A stretch of DNA of 56,391 nt, filler included, from Platydemus manokwari (taxonomy: Eukaryota): NCBI GenBank assembly GCA_037951405.1. It is 5 parts of 5 records of this genome, joined end to end, with 100 filler letters (N's around TTAATTAATTAA, not from the genome) between each part and the next. Parts side by side here need not be neighbours in the genome. Positions count along the whole stretch, not along the records: positions 13,409 to 23,210 come from JBBMOY011202766.1; positions 23,311 to 34,571 come from JBBMOY010811092.1; 3 more parts are not named here. One strand, 5' to 3'. The position numbers and the translations under genes were made by a program. The notes under the pieces are model-generated. The model had not been told where the DNA came from. It did no database searches and saw nothing but the letters and a program-made list of their open reading frames with translations. Positions 13,409 to 27,600 of the stretch are shown here, in pieces (the first letter of the stretch is position 1; each line of letters begins with the position of its first letter).

Positions 13409-16400
13409 AAATTACCGGACGTACCAAAGGATTAACCAATTTTATATAAAGATGTGAGGACTTGTGCCACCGCATCGTGAAGATTTTTATGTTTATACTA
13501 AATAAATTTTATCCCACCAAAATTGTAAATAATCTAGTACTTCAAATAACCTTTAAATACAGAAAGATAAATTACATAACACTCTTACAGATACACAGTT
13601 ATAATAGTATATAATTGGTTTTTTGACATCACACTTTAAATTTTAATTTTCCACATTATTAGAACTATCTCACGGTCAAATGAAAATCAATAATTTATAA
13701 TTGGTAAGTCTTCTATCTCTTGTTTATGCAGTCTTGAAATTTAGAATTAACCTGCCTATCCATTTAAAGAAATGTAATTCCAAATTGTTATTATAAAGTC
13801 ACATTACCATTGCATTTTAATATGTATTCACGGGAATTTAAATATTAAACATACATCACAATGACAAGATGTTGAATTACCATGACAATCGTATCAATCT
13901 CCAGCAGGAAATTAGTTACAAATTACAAAATATGAAATTTCCAATATGAATTTGTCGAAACCTAATCTCATCTTCCACGGTTTCATATCGAAGTATGGCG
14001 GCACTTAGTTACCTTTGTGGATTTTTTAGGATTTTTTAAATGTGTTGTTTTATGGGTCAATTCTTTTTTCTTGATTGATTTACTGTCTATTTTCAACGCT
14101 ATTTGATTCATTTAAAAATTGATTTGTGCAATATCAGAGTCAAATCAATCTGCCGGAGTTCTTGTAACTCACAGGTGAACAATAAGCCTATTATTTTTCG
14201 GTTTTTCTTCATCTCAATTGTATCAATTCTCGTGTGAAGATTGGATGAACGGCTCAATGATCTTACTTGAATTATCAATCTCAATTTAACCTGATGCACC
14301 TTCCAAAAGGTGATGAAATTATACTAAAGTTATATTCTAATTTTTGTAGTTAAATTGACATTTTTATTATAGGTTGATTTATTTTTAAATAGGGTTTATT
14401 TTTTTTAAATCTTTTCTTGATCTTTATTAAATTATTATTACGATAATTATAATAATTCTTATATTATTTTATTTTTTTTCTATAAATAACCATAAGAGCT
14501 GTTCCGGAATAAAAATATTATTATATGAAAATTTATACTTTTATATACTTATACACCAGTAAGTCCGATACGTATTATAAGGCAAAGAATAAAAATTATG
14601 AGTAAATGGAGTCATCTATCCCACTAAAGATTGTTAATTAATCATCTTGGCCAAAACCCCAACAAATGCATTTCATAAATAAAGAAACGTGTTGTCTAAA
14701 CTGAACAACTGGTGATTTTATGCCTTTTCAGTAATGACTGCTTAACCGAATTTTATGAATATTTAATGTTACCGGTGGTTGGTGTTATAACTGAATAAAA
14801 TCTTTATTCATCTGTTGTACTGGCTTCTTCTCCTTTCAGTTCATCAATGACTAACATATTTGTTGGATACTCGGCTGCCTTTAGAGTGCTTTTAACAATA
14901 TTACGAAGGTCGGAATTTTGACGTCTTTTAAGCTCCTGTTTATATATTTCTCTTGCTTGCATAAGGTAGTCTTCTGTAAAACAAAGATTATTCTCTCTGA
15001 ATTTGAGCACAAACACAATTATCGATTCTCCTAAAATATAAGCTACGAGTATGTTCCTGTTTTAGGAAGTGGTTCCCGTTTCAGGATGAGCAGTTTGGGA
15101 ATGATCCAGTTTTGGGAGTTACAGTGCACTATACATTACACATTGATTAATTTTTAGCACAGTGAATAACTCAATTTTGCTATTGATTATTGTTGTTTGT
15201 TATTTGATTTATTACACACAGCTAATTATCTATTAGCTGGTAGATACCTTGGTGGAAATATCATCTATTTGAATCATCGATTATAAATTATTGATTTAAA
15301 TAAAACCAGATTAACTCATTGAAATCCCCATCATAAGCAAAACTGCACTGAAAATATTAAATCATCTGGAATTCTTGGAAGTTGTTTAATATTTTGTAAG
15401 AATAATAAAAAATCAATGTGCCAATATTGACAGTCAATACTTTTCCGAAATAATTGCCAAACAATCAAAATCATTCCAAATGCACTTTTAATATGAGGAT
15501 AAAAACTTATGAAAATAAGTTCCCTAATTATCCATCTCAGTGTTGTCGACTTGATTTTAGGAACTTACTCATCGAATTAATACAAAGTGGAACATGAGAA
15601 ATTATAAACAATATCAATTCTCTTCGGGAATAAAATCACCACATAAATATTTCTACAGTGGAGAAATTTGGCTCGGAATCTATTTCTTGTTATAATGGGA
15701 TATTGAAAGTTTTTTTTGGTTTATTCCATATTTTTGATAAAAAAGTTTTTCTTATAACAAAAATAATTCAATTCTAACTGCTTGATTTATTTATTAAATT
15801 ATTATATTTTCTGTTATTTTTATCAATTTTTAGATAATTTTTAAATAAACACCCTTGGTTATTTATTAAATCTTGAGGAATTATGATGAGATTTATCCAA
15901 TGAGAAATGATAAATATTTATCGAACAAGATGCATATAATTGGATACAGACCTCATGCCTATAGAAATCTTAATGGTTTTTTTTTCTAATTTTTCAAGAA
16001 TAATTTAGATAAAAAAAGAATAAAATAAATCTATAAATAGTTCACATAGAACACAATAACTATACATAGTAAAAGATAAATTATAAATGAAAAGATAGCA
16101 TTAAATAGATATGAAAATAGAAAATAATAACAAGAACCAAAAAATACAGAGACCTAGATAAGTATAAGAACAAGAACGAAATCATGATAAACATCCATAT
16201 TAGCAATCCAATACAAAAATTTTTATATATTTTATGTTTACTTCAGTCATACAAATGTCAGTCGATTGAGAAAAATATTATTATTGATTTTGCCATAACC
16301 ATTATTGTAACGTGTGTATAATCAATCCATCTCCTAATGCAAATTATGATTATGGAGATGAACATGTTCCTAATTTATTTGGCTTGGACCTTGCCCAACT

Positions 16401-16904
16401 AAATTATAATTAATATGTAAATTAAAAACCAAAATCCATTCTCTTATCTGCGTAATTACAGGGCTATTATGTCCCAAATATCAGTAACGCCATTAGCGTC
16501 TAAGCTTTTACGGCTTCCCCGTATACGTGAAAATAATCTCTTACTTAGAACGATAAATTTGCAAATAATTAATCGAAAAAAACTTATCCAGATTATTTAT
16601 TTTCAGTTATTTCTAATTGGTATCATTTATCATTTGTATTTGCCTTACAATTGCATTTTATTAGAATATTTTTAGTTATTTTATTTTTCTGTAATCCTTG
16701 AAATAAAACTGTGCCTATTGGACTCAGATAATAATACAATTATTACAACGAAAAATTATTTTATTAATAAATTACGTATTGTGCCAATCATTAATTCCCA
16801 CAATTTTTAGGTGACATCGAAAAAAGTTAACCCATTGAATACATAACAAGTATATATATGATATCAAATTCAATAGTTTAATAGTTCGTTTGTGGATTTT
16901 TACC

Positions 16905-17146
16905 TAAAGCCATTTAAGGCTTAACTGAGGCATCTTTGGTAATTGTATTCTGATTTTATATCAGCTCATCTTTCCAAATAAATTATCATAAATATTCAAA
17001 TAATAATATAATTATTCATCACTGAACGACATTGAACCATCATACCATCTATCAAAGGTTTTAGTATTGAGAAGTCTAAAGTACATTGTCAGATTAAAGG
17101 ACCCCTCGTTATATCTATTCGTTCATAGATCAGAAGTGACACAATC
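16905..17146 (-). mobile_element. Decayed hAT transposase fragment
   Basis: Minus strand gives CVTSDL*TNRYNEGSFNLTMYF (hAT T.D.WT....sF..lT.HF), then after a frameshift IYLER*ADIKS...QRCLS*ALN (TDxGANxxxA...RCxAHxLNL-like). Confidence 0.4.
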
Positions 17147-20100
17147 ATTGTTTTAGTATTGAATGTGGTGATCTTTCATATCTCTTTTATATCTTTCATA
17201 TTTTCCTAAATCATAATATTATGCATCTTTATATATAAACAGATCCTTTATATATATATATATATATAATTTTCTATTAGCTGATATCGTTAACAATAGC
17301 GAGATGAGTTGCTATAGTAGTTTTTGAAATGAAGCAGTCCGTTTTTGAATTGCGTTGAAGAGTGAAGTTTTTATAAAAGAAATAGTTGTTAGAGATATTG
17401 AAAAATAATGAAAATGCAATTCAGTTGATAAGGAAAAAATCACTGTGTAAGTAGAATGAGATTGCGAAAATCCAAATTTGAATGAAATTTGTTAGACATA
17501 CAGAAGTATGAAGACACACAATTCAGTCGAATCGAATAGAATTTTATTAAGGTGTATCTTGTTCGAGTTGAGAAGGGCTTAGTATTGATTCATACTTGGA
17601 AGCATGAATGTTGTTGGCACATCGACAGTTCAAAATGAACAATGTGGAGTATATTTAATTATTGATTTATCTCCCCTCGCATAGGCTAATTTAAGAATTT
17701 TAGAAGAAGTTCTTTTTTCACATGTCCTAAACCTTTTTCGTTGTTTTAAGACAACCACTTACAATTTCTACAATTTCACGCAGAATCATCATATTCTAAC
17801 ATTGTTCAAAAGCCCATTTATTTTATAGAATGACTGATATTCAGTGTTAGAGATAGTTACATCATTATTCGAATTATTTTATATGGGGCTTAATCAATAA
17901 TAATTCCATCTAGGTTAAATTTTCAATTAAAAAATTAAATAATAATGTTTGTTGTTAACGACCTTTTACTTAATAAAATGCTTAAAACATTCAGCTGGAA
18001 GCAAATTGTATTTTTATAATATTTTTAATGAATATAAACTATTATTTCAATTTCATTTGGAGAGATTATAGATTTTATTTATATCAACATTTTTCCCTAA
18101 CTGATTTTAATTTATTTTGTTTTTGTCGAGAAATATTTCAAGCCTTTTATCTTATCTAATTTTGAAAAGCATTTTGGTATGATATTGTTTTTGATTTAAA
18201 ATCCACACGGATCCATAAACCTATTTTATTTCGTGATAACTCAATTCATTTCTCTTTAATTTTATTTTCTCATAAAAAGTGATTTTATCTGAACAATTTT
18301 CTTAAAGCAATTTCTTATTGAAAATATAATTATTCTAAGTTGTTATTATTATTATTATTATTATTAATAGTAGTAATTATAAATAATAAATTATTAGAAA
18401 AAAATGAAGCCGAAAAATTGACAAATTGTAAATAAAATCCTTGAAGTTATTTTTGCATGCATGAAACTAGCATTCAATTACAACAACTGCCAGGGATAAG
18501 TGAATTCGAAATTATAATTTTATAATAATCCTACACTAATATCGTAACAAAATATGTACAAAAATATAAGAAAATGTGTGTGCGAGTGTATGTATTTTTA
18601 ATTTGCGTTAGCAGCTAGTATTTTACTTCATACAATAAAAGTAAATTTATCCAAAGCAGTCAAACAAATTAAATTGATTATTTATATTTTTGATATCAAT
18701 ATATTTTCTTTATAAAATGACCATCTAAATATGAGGTGATTTTAAAATTGTCCCAATATAAAGACATTCAAAATCGACGATCAATTGGTAATTATGAAAT
18801 CCAATACAATCCCATGAGAAGCTGATCGATCAGTCCCATTTTTTCTTTCAATCGAACGTTCTTGGTTCAGTACTCTATCTTGATGTGAGATTTACTTCGA
18901 TTTACCTATTAGGCTGCCTAGTGATCATGAAACCCATTAACTCGTTGACTATTCGATCTCAATCCAACTTAAAAAATCTATTACGTAATACAACAAACCT
19001 TATTTTTTATAATAAATTATTTATATCGATTTTAGAAATGATCTTAAAAATATCAAAAACTTTGAAATAAAAATCAAAATTTCAAATGAATGAAGTTCGA
19101 GAATTAGCATATAAATAATGGACAAACGTTGTTAATAACAATTTTAAGGAAAACTATAAGAAGGCAAGAATATATTTGTAACTTATTTGTAATTATTTAT
19201 GCGCCAGTGAAACTCTTGACATACTTATGGCATCGTTCAGCACAAAAAACAATCATATTATAGTGGTAAGAACTAAAAATGGGTTTGAGTTGATTTCGCA
19301 AGAGCGATTAATGGTTAGAATAGCAGAAACTAGAAATTTATTCTGAATGGGTTTCACAAGTGGGTATCGGAACAAAGATCAAAGTTTAGCAATTAATTTT
19401 TACAGAATATTCTATGATTGGTTTGACACTTGCTTACAATTTTCAGGGAAATAAGCAAAACCTGCTTAGTATTTTGACTTGGTGGTCAACCTAAATTAGA
19501 AGCGAGGTCACATTAATAGATAAAATCATGTCAGGAACTGATTAGTATCATAAATTGTAGATTATCATAAATAAAAGTAATAGTAGTTCTATTACTATTC
19601 ACAGAAATTCTGAACTATCCATTTTCCTCTTATAGGCTGCTCGTCAGAATTAGAATTCCTTAATAAATTTAAACTAAAGGCACTTCTTTCTAACTTCTTC
19701 GTTGTTGTGGTTTCTATTTTTACTATTATTGTGAAAATTATTTTCAACTTTTATTAATTCAATTGCTTGGTAGCAAGAAGCCTCACAAATAAGCTTTGAG
19801 AAACAGAAATGTAAAGAGATTACCGATTGAATGATTGACGTATCACAAAGAAATGGAAAATTTTGTTTGGCTTCTGCAAGTATCTCATAATTTTGCTATT
19901 TTACGAATTATTAGACATTATGAAATTTTAAAATTTCCTTTCAAAACAAAACCATATAAATTAATATGACTCAATATGCTCGCATTTGTTCTCCATCTTT
20001 TTCAACCCAGCAACATGACTGGGAACTATGGTTGATACAATTGTTTCTCTCATTTTTACTCAAATTTTCAAGACACTACAAAATAAAATTCAAAGCAAAC

Positions 20101-23100
20101 TTACATATAGAATATTGATACACTACAAATATCGTGGAGTTCATACCAGAGAAAATTTCTTAAAATTTAAACCTTCTATAGTTAAAGTTGTTAAATAATT
20201 TGATAAATTTAATTTTTTAATATTAAAAATTCGTTTATACTTTATTAAAATTTTAATAAATTTTTTTTATTATTAAATAACTTCAAAAATAATTAAGGTT
20301 TTATTTAATTTGATATTTAAGAAAATATTGTTTTAGTGTTTAATCTTCTCTAAGTCCGGGTTCGAAAATTCTTACCAGTTTACAATGCTTTATAAATTAG
20401 TTTATTTAAAAGGTTGAGAGAAGAAAATAGTATGAACCGATAGAAATGAGATAACATCTTCTTTGGTCTACTTTTGCAATACATTATTGTCGGTCATCTG
20501 TTCTATCTTTTTGAAGAACGCTTCCGTCGATTTCGATATTGAAAGTCTTCCATCAATTATGGCATCCATGAACATTTTGACCAATGGTCTTTAGCAGTTT
20601 TTCATCATATCTATTATTTTCCGCTGAAACCTTCTCATATTGGGTCATCATTCTCTATTTATATGTTCAGATAATAATGCCATAGAAAACAATCATTACA
20701 AAATGACAGATTCCTTCTAGAACCTACTTTTGTGGAAGTTGTAAGTAGGAGATTAAGCTGGAGTTTGGGGAGCAGTAGGAACTAAAACGGCGGTTGAAGT
20801 CGTAATGGATATGGTGATTGGAATTTTAAGCGAATTGGTTATTGAAAATTTAATAATAATCTAAACAATAAATCATAAACTAATTATAATCGTAGCATGA
20901 ATTTTTAGCTATCATCGAATCAGTAAGTACTGAAATAATACGGAGTCAGATTTACACAGAAGTAACAAGTCAAACATTCCAAACAGGGATGTGGGAATTT
21001 ATCTTTAAAACCAAAATGACACATAAACCCACAAATTTATCGTAAACTGATAAACTGGGACTGATCATTAGTGATCTTAATAAATCGAAAATCTATGAAA
21101 ACCTCCCAAAATCCACCAATGAAAATGTAAGTTATCAATAGCTATTTTAATATAGTTGTTTAAAATTCACTGTTCTATGTGTTTTGTGATATTTTATGAA
21201 TTTTTATCGATTCATTGAAATATAGTTAAACATTGATTTCCCCATTGAATCTTAATTTATATTAGTTTTGACAATTTTCTCCAAATTATGAAATTTGTTT
21301 GTTGAAATTGAATTTTTCAACAAATCAAATTTACTTTTTTTCTCTCAATTTCTTCTCAAACAAGATAAACAATTCCAATGTTGTTCTTGTTTTATAATAT
21401 CATTTGCTGTGCGATGAATTACCAGGAATCCACTCGAAGATAAGATGAAATGTCAATATTGATTCCCGAAAACCTGAGATCCTCTTTTACTTTCGTACTT
21501 AATCGGCTTGGTTTTTGATTTGGAAGAAATTTGATTTGAATATTTTTCAATTGTTTTAATCAATAATAAATCGATAATGTAACCATTATATTTCTGGATC
21601 AATAAATAAATTAAATTAATAATAATTCCAATTAAAGCTGTTCGTGTGATTTTCTGAATAACCGGTCTTTTAGAGAGTTCATTACTTTTTTACCCCGATA
21701 TCGGAACGAAGGATTAAAATCAATGATGTTTCGGTTTGGTCGAAATTTGTTTCAGCTGTTAATAATTCTATCGAAAATTGGTTTACCTGTTGAAGTTCAT
21801 GTTTAAGTTATTCAGCATTGTTTGTTGGATATTGATTAAGATTGATGATAGAGCATTGGAAAACCATGTGTCTCATGGCTATCGTGTCTCAAGAGTTAGA
21901 ACAGTGAGATTCTAATTATCAATGGAAATCAATAGCTAAATTAGTTTAATGAGGTAATTGAATTTTTTTTATTATTCAGAAGTATCTTTCTAGTTTGTAT
22001 TTTACTTTGTCGATGTAACAGTGAAAGAAATTTCTTAAAGTTAAAGGCATTGTAACTTCGTGCTTACGACTGCGTCACTTATTAGATTTTTCTTTGCACG
22101 ATTTTGTAAATCTCATAAAGATTATCACAGAAATAATTATATCTCATAATTTCATTAACTGGTCTCTTTAGGTGAAACATTATTATGATTATTAAGTAAT
22201 TTTTGTTTTAATATTCGAATGAATGGTGCTTGTAATTATTATCAGATTTATAAAAAATTATATATTTATTTCGCTGCAATAATTGTACGCAATGATCAAT
22301 TAAAATGTCATTTTATTTCTAAAATTTCTTTTTATTATTAAATTCGACTGTTGGTGTTTCTCTACACGAAGTGAACACGTTTTCATACTTCCTGTAAGGT
22401 AGTAGTTATCAGTCTTATTTTTCATTTACTGCACAACCTTGTGAATGTTTGAATCTAAATCTTTTACTTTATTTAGTCGCCGTTATTTAAAAAATTCATA
22501 TTTATTAAATATGGTCACTGTTATCATAACGGTTTTTCCCTTAAATCAATTAATATATTTATTTATTGTTGTGATCGATGTTTATAGTTTATTATAAACC
22601 ATTCTCTGGGTTCAAACGCATTTAACTATCGATTGAATCAACGTAACCCAAATATCAGCAAGCAATAATAATCACCCAAGTTAATTTCCCTTTAAAAATA
22701 TATAATTAACGATTGTTTTTGGTTAATTTTTTTCTTTTTTGAGTCTTTTTCGAAGATAAATTGTTTAAATATATTTAGAGACATTTTTATTGCAATATTT
22801 TAATTTCTGAATAGATTTGAATAGGTCATCTAAACGTGCTCCAGTTTTGAATTTGAAATGAATTTTTGATATTTTAGGAGCATCTTTGTGTATGAAGAAT
22901 AATTACAGTTTAATATCTAAAAAAGGAAATCTTTAGATTTTTTAAATGTTCTTTTTCTCAAAGAATAATTTTTTAAAGAACACAGCTATCGGGTGTGGCT
23001 GCATTTCGATATTTCTTTACTTTATTCGAAATTCGGGTGGACTGAAGTTCTTTCCGTCTGTAAAATTAAACATGTAGGAATTCTTCATTTTCTGCAACAA

Positions 23101-23132
23101 TTTTTAATGTTAATACTAATGAATTTTCCGAG

Positions 23133-23144
23133 AAATAATAATAA

Positions 23145-23210
<66 letters not shown>
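23133..23210. repeat. (AAT)n microsatellite at contig end
   Basis: About 25 AAT units running into the linker. Confidence 0.95.
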
Positions 23211-23310
23211 NNNNNNNNNNNNNNNNNNNNNNNNNNNNNNNNNNNNNNNNNNNNTTAATTAATTAANNNNNNNNNNNNNNNNNNNNNNNNNNNNNNNNNN
23301 NNNNNNNNNN
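23211..23310. other. Artificial contig linker
   Basis: 44 N + TTAATTAATTAA + 44 N. Confidence 0.97.
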
Positions 23311-24679
23311 ACTGGATGTGACCTAAATGTGAAGGAAACCATTTTTTTTGTAATGAACATTCCATAAAATACATTGCAAACAATAATGACCAGTGACATA
23401 GTGTGAATTTTTTTAAATACAGAAACTTCTACATATATGACAATCATAGGAGAAAAGTATGACAGTTTCTATATGTGACATGCTCAGTTGACATTTACAA
23501 ACTGCATCATTTATGAGATGCTCCTTAGCATGTATAGCTTATTGTGTAATATGTTTGCACTAAAAAATAACAGCCATTCGCTGTTTTATTTTAATGATGA
23601 TTGCAGCATTTTACTAGTACCAAGAGAATGGATTTTGATGACTTTGGCGTATACGGTTGATTTAATATTTATTGTAGATTTCTGAAATAATTTACATTGG
23701 TTTAAAACGATTTTATTGGTGAAAATATAATAATTAATGATTAAGCAATTCACGTATTTATATTTAAAATGATAAGTTATGATGATAAAAGAATAAAATG
23801 GTTATAGTTTAATAGGATAAGACAGGTATAGAATTAAATCTCTCATTAGTTAGTTCATTTTTCGTTAAAAAACTTTATTAAACTTGGAATAATAAATCAA
23901 TGAAATCAACCTGTAAAATAGGAATAAAATATCTCACCAATAATATGTCTGACTGGTGTTAATGGCGGTGATTAGAATATTCCCTAGAAGAATATGACAC
24001 TCAATAAAATACACATCTTTTCAGTCGATTAGAAGAAGAGTTAAGAATCACTAGAGAATCCTCATGTGGAAGGATCGTGAATATAAAATTCGTTTTGCGA
24101 TCAAGCTACCTATGAATAGTGACAATTACAATTAACGTAAATTGATTAATACCCTAAGTAAAGGCTTTAGAAAATAATAATTTTTTATGGAATTGAATGG
24201 CGTTTTTACTTGCGACCACATCGAAAGAAATTCTCTCAGTATAGACAAAATTTAAAAGAGGCAGAGAATTTTTGCTAATCTGCCCCCAAAAACTCATGAG
24301 TTGTTGATTCCCAAGCCACATCGTTCGATGTACCAATTCGAGATCCTGACAACCAAGGATTTCACAGCTATGTATCAAATAGAGCTAGCTTTTGTAATTG
24401 ACATGCTGTTGAGAGATGACAAAAAACAACTATGGCAAGGAACAGTAGTTCCAAAGAAATTGTTTCAAATGAAGAAATAAATAAATGATTTTTGGAAAAA
24501 TAGTCATATACAAAGACAGTGAAAGACAATGTTCAGGATTTAGCATCAAGACGACAAAGACCTGCTGAAAAGTACCTCAGTTATGAGCCTTTGTTTGAAT
24601 GAGATCCACGGAATCTACTAAATTTCAAGCAAAAAACGACTAATTATGAAATAATTAAACAGAGCTTAATTAACATAAT

Positions 24680-27600
24680 ACCTATCAAAGAATGTCCTTT
24701 GCTTACAACTTGTGATTATACAATTCCTTATTTCAACGTCAAAGCATTGCGATGGAATATGAACACTATCTTCGTGGACAAAATCCTACTTATAATCACT
24801 CTAATTCTTATTCTAGACCCACAACCACATACTTTTACGCTGTTAGAAACATATCCGATCTACACAGAAACACCCCCAGCTCCAGAAACTATCAAACAAA
24901 TAATTTCCATTCTATTAACAACGTTAATACTAAGGCTTTCAGATTTAGTAATTATCAACAGGAATTCCCTATATCATATGTCTAAATAGTCAGAAACTCT
25001 CCAAATCCGGTCCCAAGAAACACGGACCACTAATATCTTCCCCATAATAACCACCAACTGACTCCAGTCTCTACTCGGCCCATTCCCAGACCTGCGATAC
25101 TGACCACTCGACTTCCCCGATCACAGCAAACAATTATTCACGCCTACAACATCCGAACCCATCACGAAACCACCAGCCAACACATGCTCCGAATCCGACC
25201 AACAGATTTGTCTCGGTCAACATATTCGAACCACTCCATAACTACTCTGACTTCACACCATTCACTCATTACCACAGCAATGCAAATCAAACTCAATGGC
25301 AACAAAAACCTAAGAATTCTTTTCATAATTATAACTCTAATTTTTTTCCTCCTTCTACATTAGCCCCTGCCAGATTGATAACTTCGAATTCGAATACTGA
25401 TAGTCAGCCTATCGCAACCCAGAGTATCCAGTTTCGGAGTCGACAAGCGCATGACTGTCATCGCGAACAGTCTGGAAAGTCTATGGATCTAGTTCTAACT
25501 ATTCTATTCCATATTTTATATTTCTAACATTACCGTCTTTATTAATCTATTACATAATAATTTATCTTTAAATAGTTTAAAATCAAATAATTCTTCTACA
25601 CTTGACCCGATTTCATCGTCACAACTAAACGAACCCTTAATTGACATTGACGCTCATGATACCACACTCTCCACATTACACCGAAACAATAGAACAATCA
25701 AACTCAAATTTAACTAACCAATTGACACAAACCTCCAATATGGAAATAGATAATATCACTCCGACTCCATACCAAAAACTAATTTTGTCCTCAAATACCC
25801 TGAACCAAGATGATTTGATTTCCTCTATTGTCGTACAAATCACCGATGTAGATCCCGATGACACTGATCTATACTCATCTCATTATGACATTGAATTTAT
25901 CAAACATATCCAAACTATCGAAAATAAACCCACCCAATCTATATGGAGATGCCCAATACTTCAGTACTCACATGCTCATGACCATCGAGCTCAGTCATTG
26001 AGGCATTTGTCCAATCTAAGATATCTGAAGATACTGAACACGTATTTATTAATCCTCAATCCGCAATAGCCATAATTAAGCACCACTATAGGACCTTTTA
26101 CCAATCTTTTCTATTTCACCATCTGGCCCCATGGAAAATTGCTTATTGGCTCATCCATTGGAACCTTTATATAATAGATACCACCAAGTTCGCGTTCTTT
26201 TTTATAGATCCCGTCATCTTTTTCTTAAGTGATGCCCAGAAATTACTCTGGACCACCATCGACACTCTTTCAAAATCTGAACACAACGAGGTCCAATACT
26301 GTCCTCATCCAATTCATTATTCCAGATCTACGAAGCAATTAAACAGTACAGACTGTGACCTATGAGTGATGTAACACATTCTCGACTACTCCACCAGATC
26401 ACATATCTTCCACTCCCCATCAAAACCAGATCTTAGGAATGAAATAAATAAAACTATTTCCAATATCTTAAAATTTAGAAATTCACATTCAACTATTACG
26501 TCACTTAACATACTGCACCCAATATTAAAAGATACCCTAAAATTATTTGAAAATGACTCCCCAGACCTCACCGAAGCACTTACAATGGTCCGTAGCGCAA
26601 TCACCACACTTGAACCAACATGATTCCAGACTAGGCAATCAACCAAACCATCAATGCTACATTTCAGCACACCACAATTATCAGACTTCAAACTTCGTCA
26701 ACAATACACACTCTAATCAAAGAAAACAATAAACCAACTACTCCTGTTCTTTACTCCACTCTCACTAGCATCATTGGAATATATTATTGACCATTTTACC
26801 ATTCCACCACCTTCACCGATCCCCTCCATTTTTAACCCATTTTTCCAAAATAAGAATGACTTCGCCAACCTCTAACTGATTACAATAGAAGAGATTACTA
26901 GTTGCTTCAAGAGATTATCAAACTCTGTCCCTGACAGTGATGGAATCAGATTATTCGACTGAAATAAGATGGGTCCACAACACGCGTTTCTACTGATCCT
27001 CTTCAATAAGATACTATCCAGCAAATATATACAGAAACAATGGACCTCTTGTAAGACTAGTCTGCTGATGAAACCCGAAAAAACATCACATCACATATAG
27101 TATCTTCATGGAGGCACACAACACTCACATACGCATTGTATAGGATTTTAGCCATTATTCTAAACAATTAACCGCTCAACTGGATAACCTCGGGAAATCT
27201 GATTTCATATAATCAAAAAGCAATACTTGCTTATGATGAATTTACCTAGCACAATGCGTACCTTCTCTCTCTTCGAATTCGCTACCCACACTAACTCTGA
27301 CCTCCATATTTACTGGATTGATCGACGAGAAGCTTTTCCCAGCATACCATCCGAATTAATATAAATCACCCTCCGAAGAATGGATTGAAACTCACATTAT
27401 ATAGATATGATCCAATCATTATATAGGGACTCCAGCACCTATTACATATTCCATCACTTGAATACCCCATCTATCCCCATTCACCGTGGAGTCAAACAAG
27501 GTTGTCCATTCTCAATGACTTTTTCTGCCTCTCTATAGACTTTTACATCACTTCATCCACCAATATCAACAACCACCTCACCATACACTCAACAGTAATG

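Noticed and set aside
14804-15040. Charged ORF with GESIIVFVLKFRE, gag-like
   Set aside because: No ATG, no adjoining pol motifs; insufficient evidence.
22993-23262. Poly-Ile ORF
   Set aside because: Translation of the (AAT)n microsatellite running into Ns.
24150-24600. Possible Gypsy integrase C-terminal relic (SRRQRPAEKYLSY)
   Set aside because: One low-complexity motif only.
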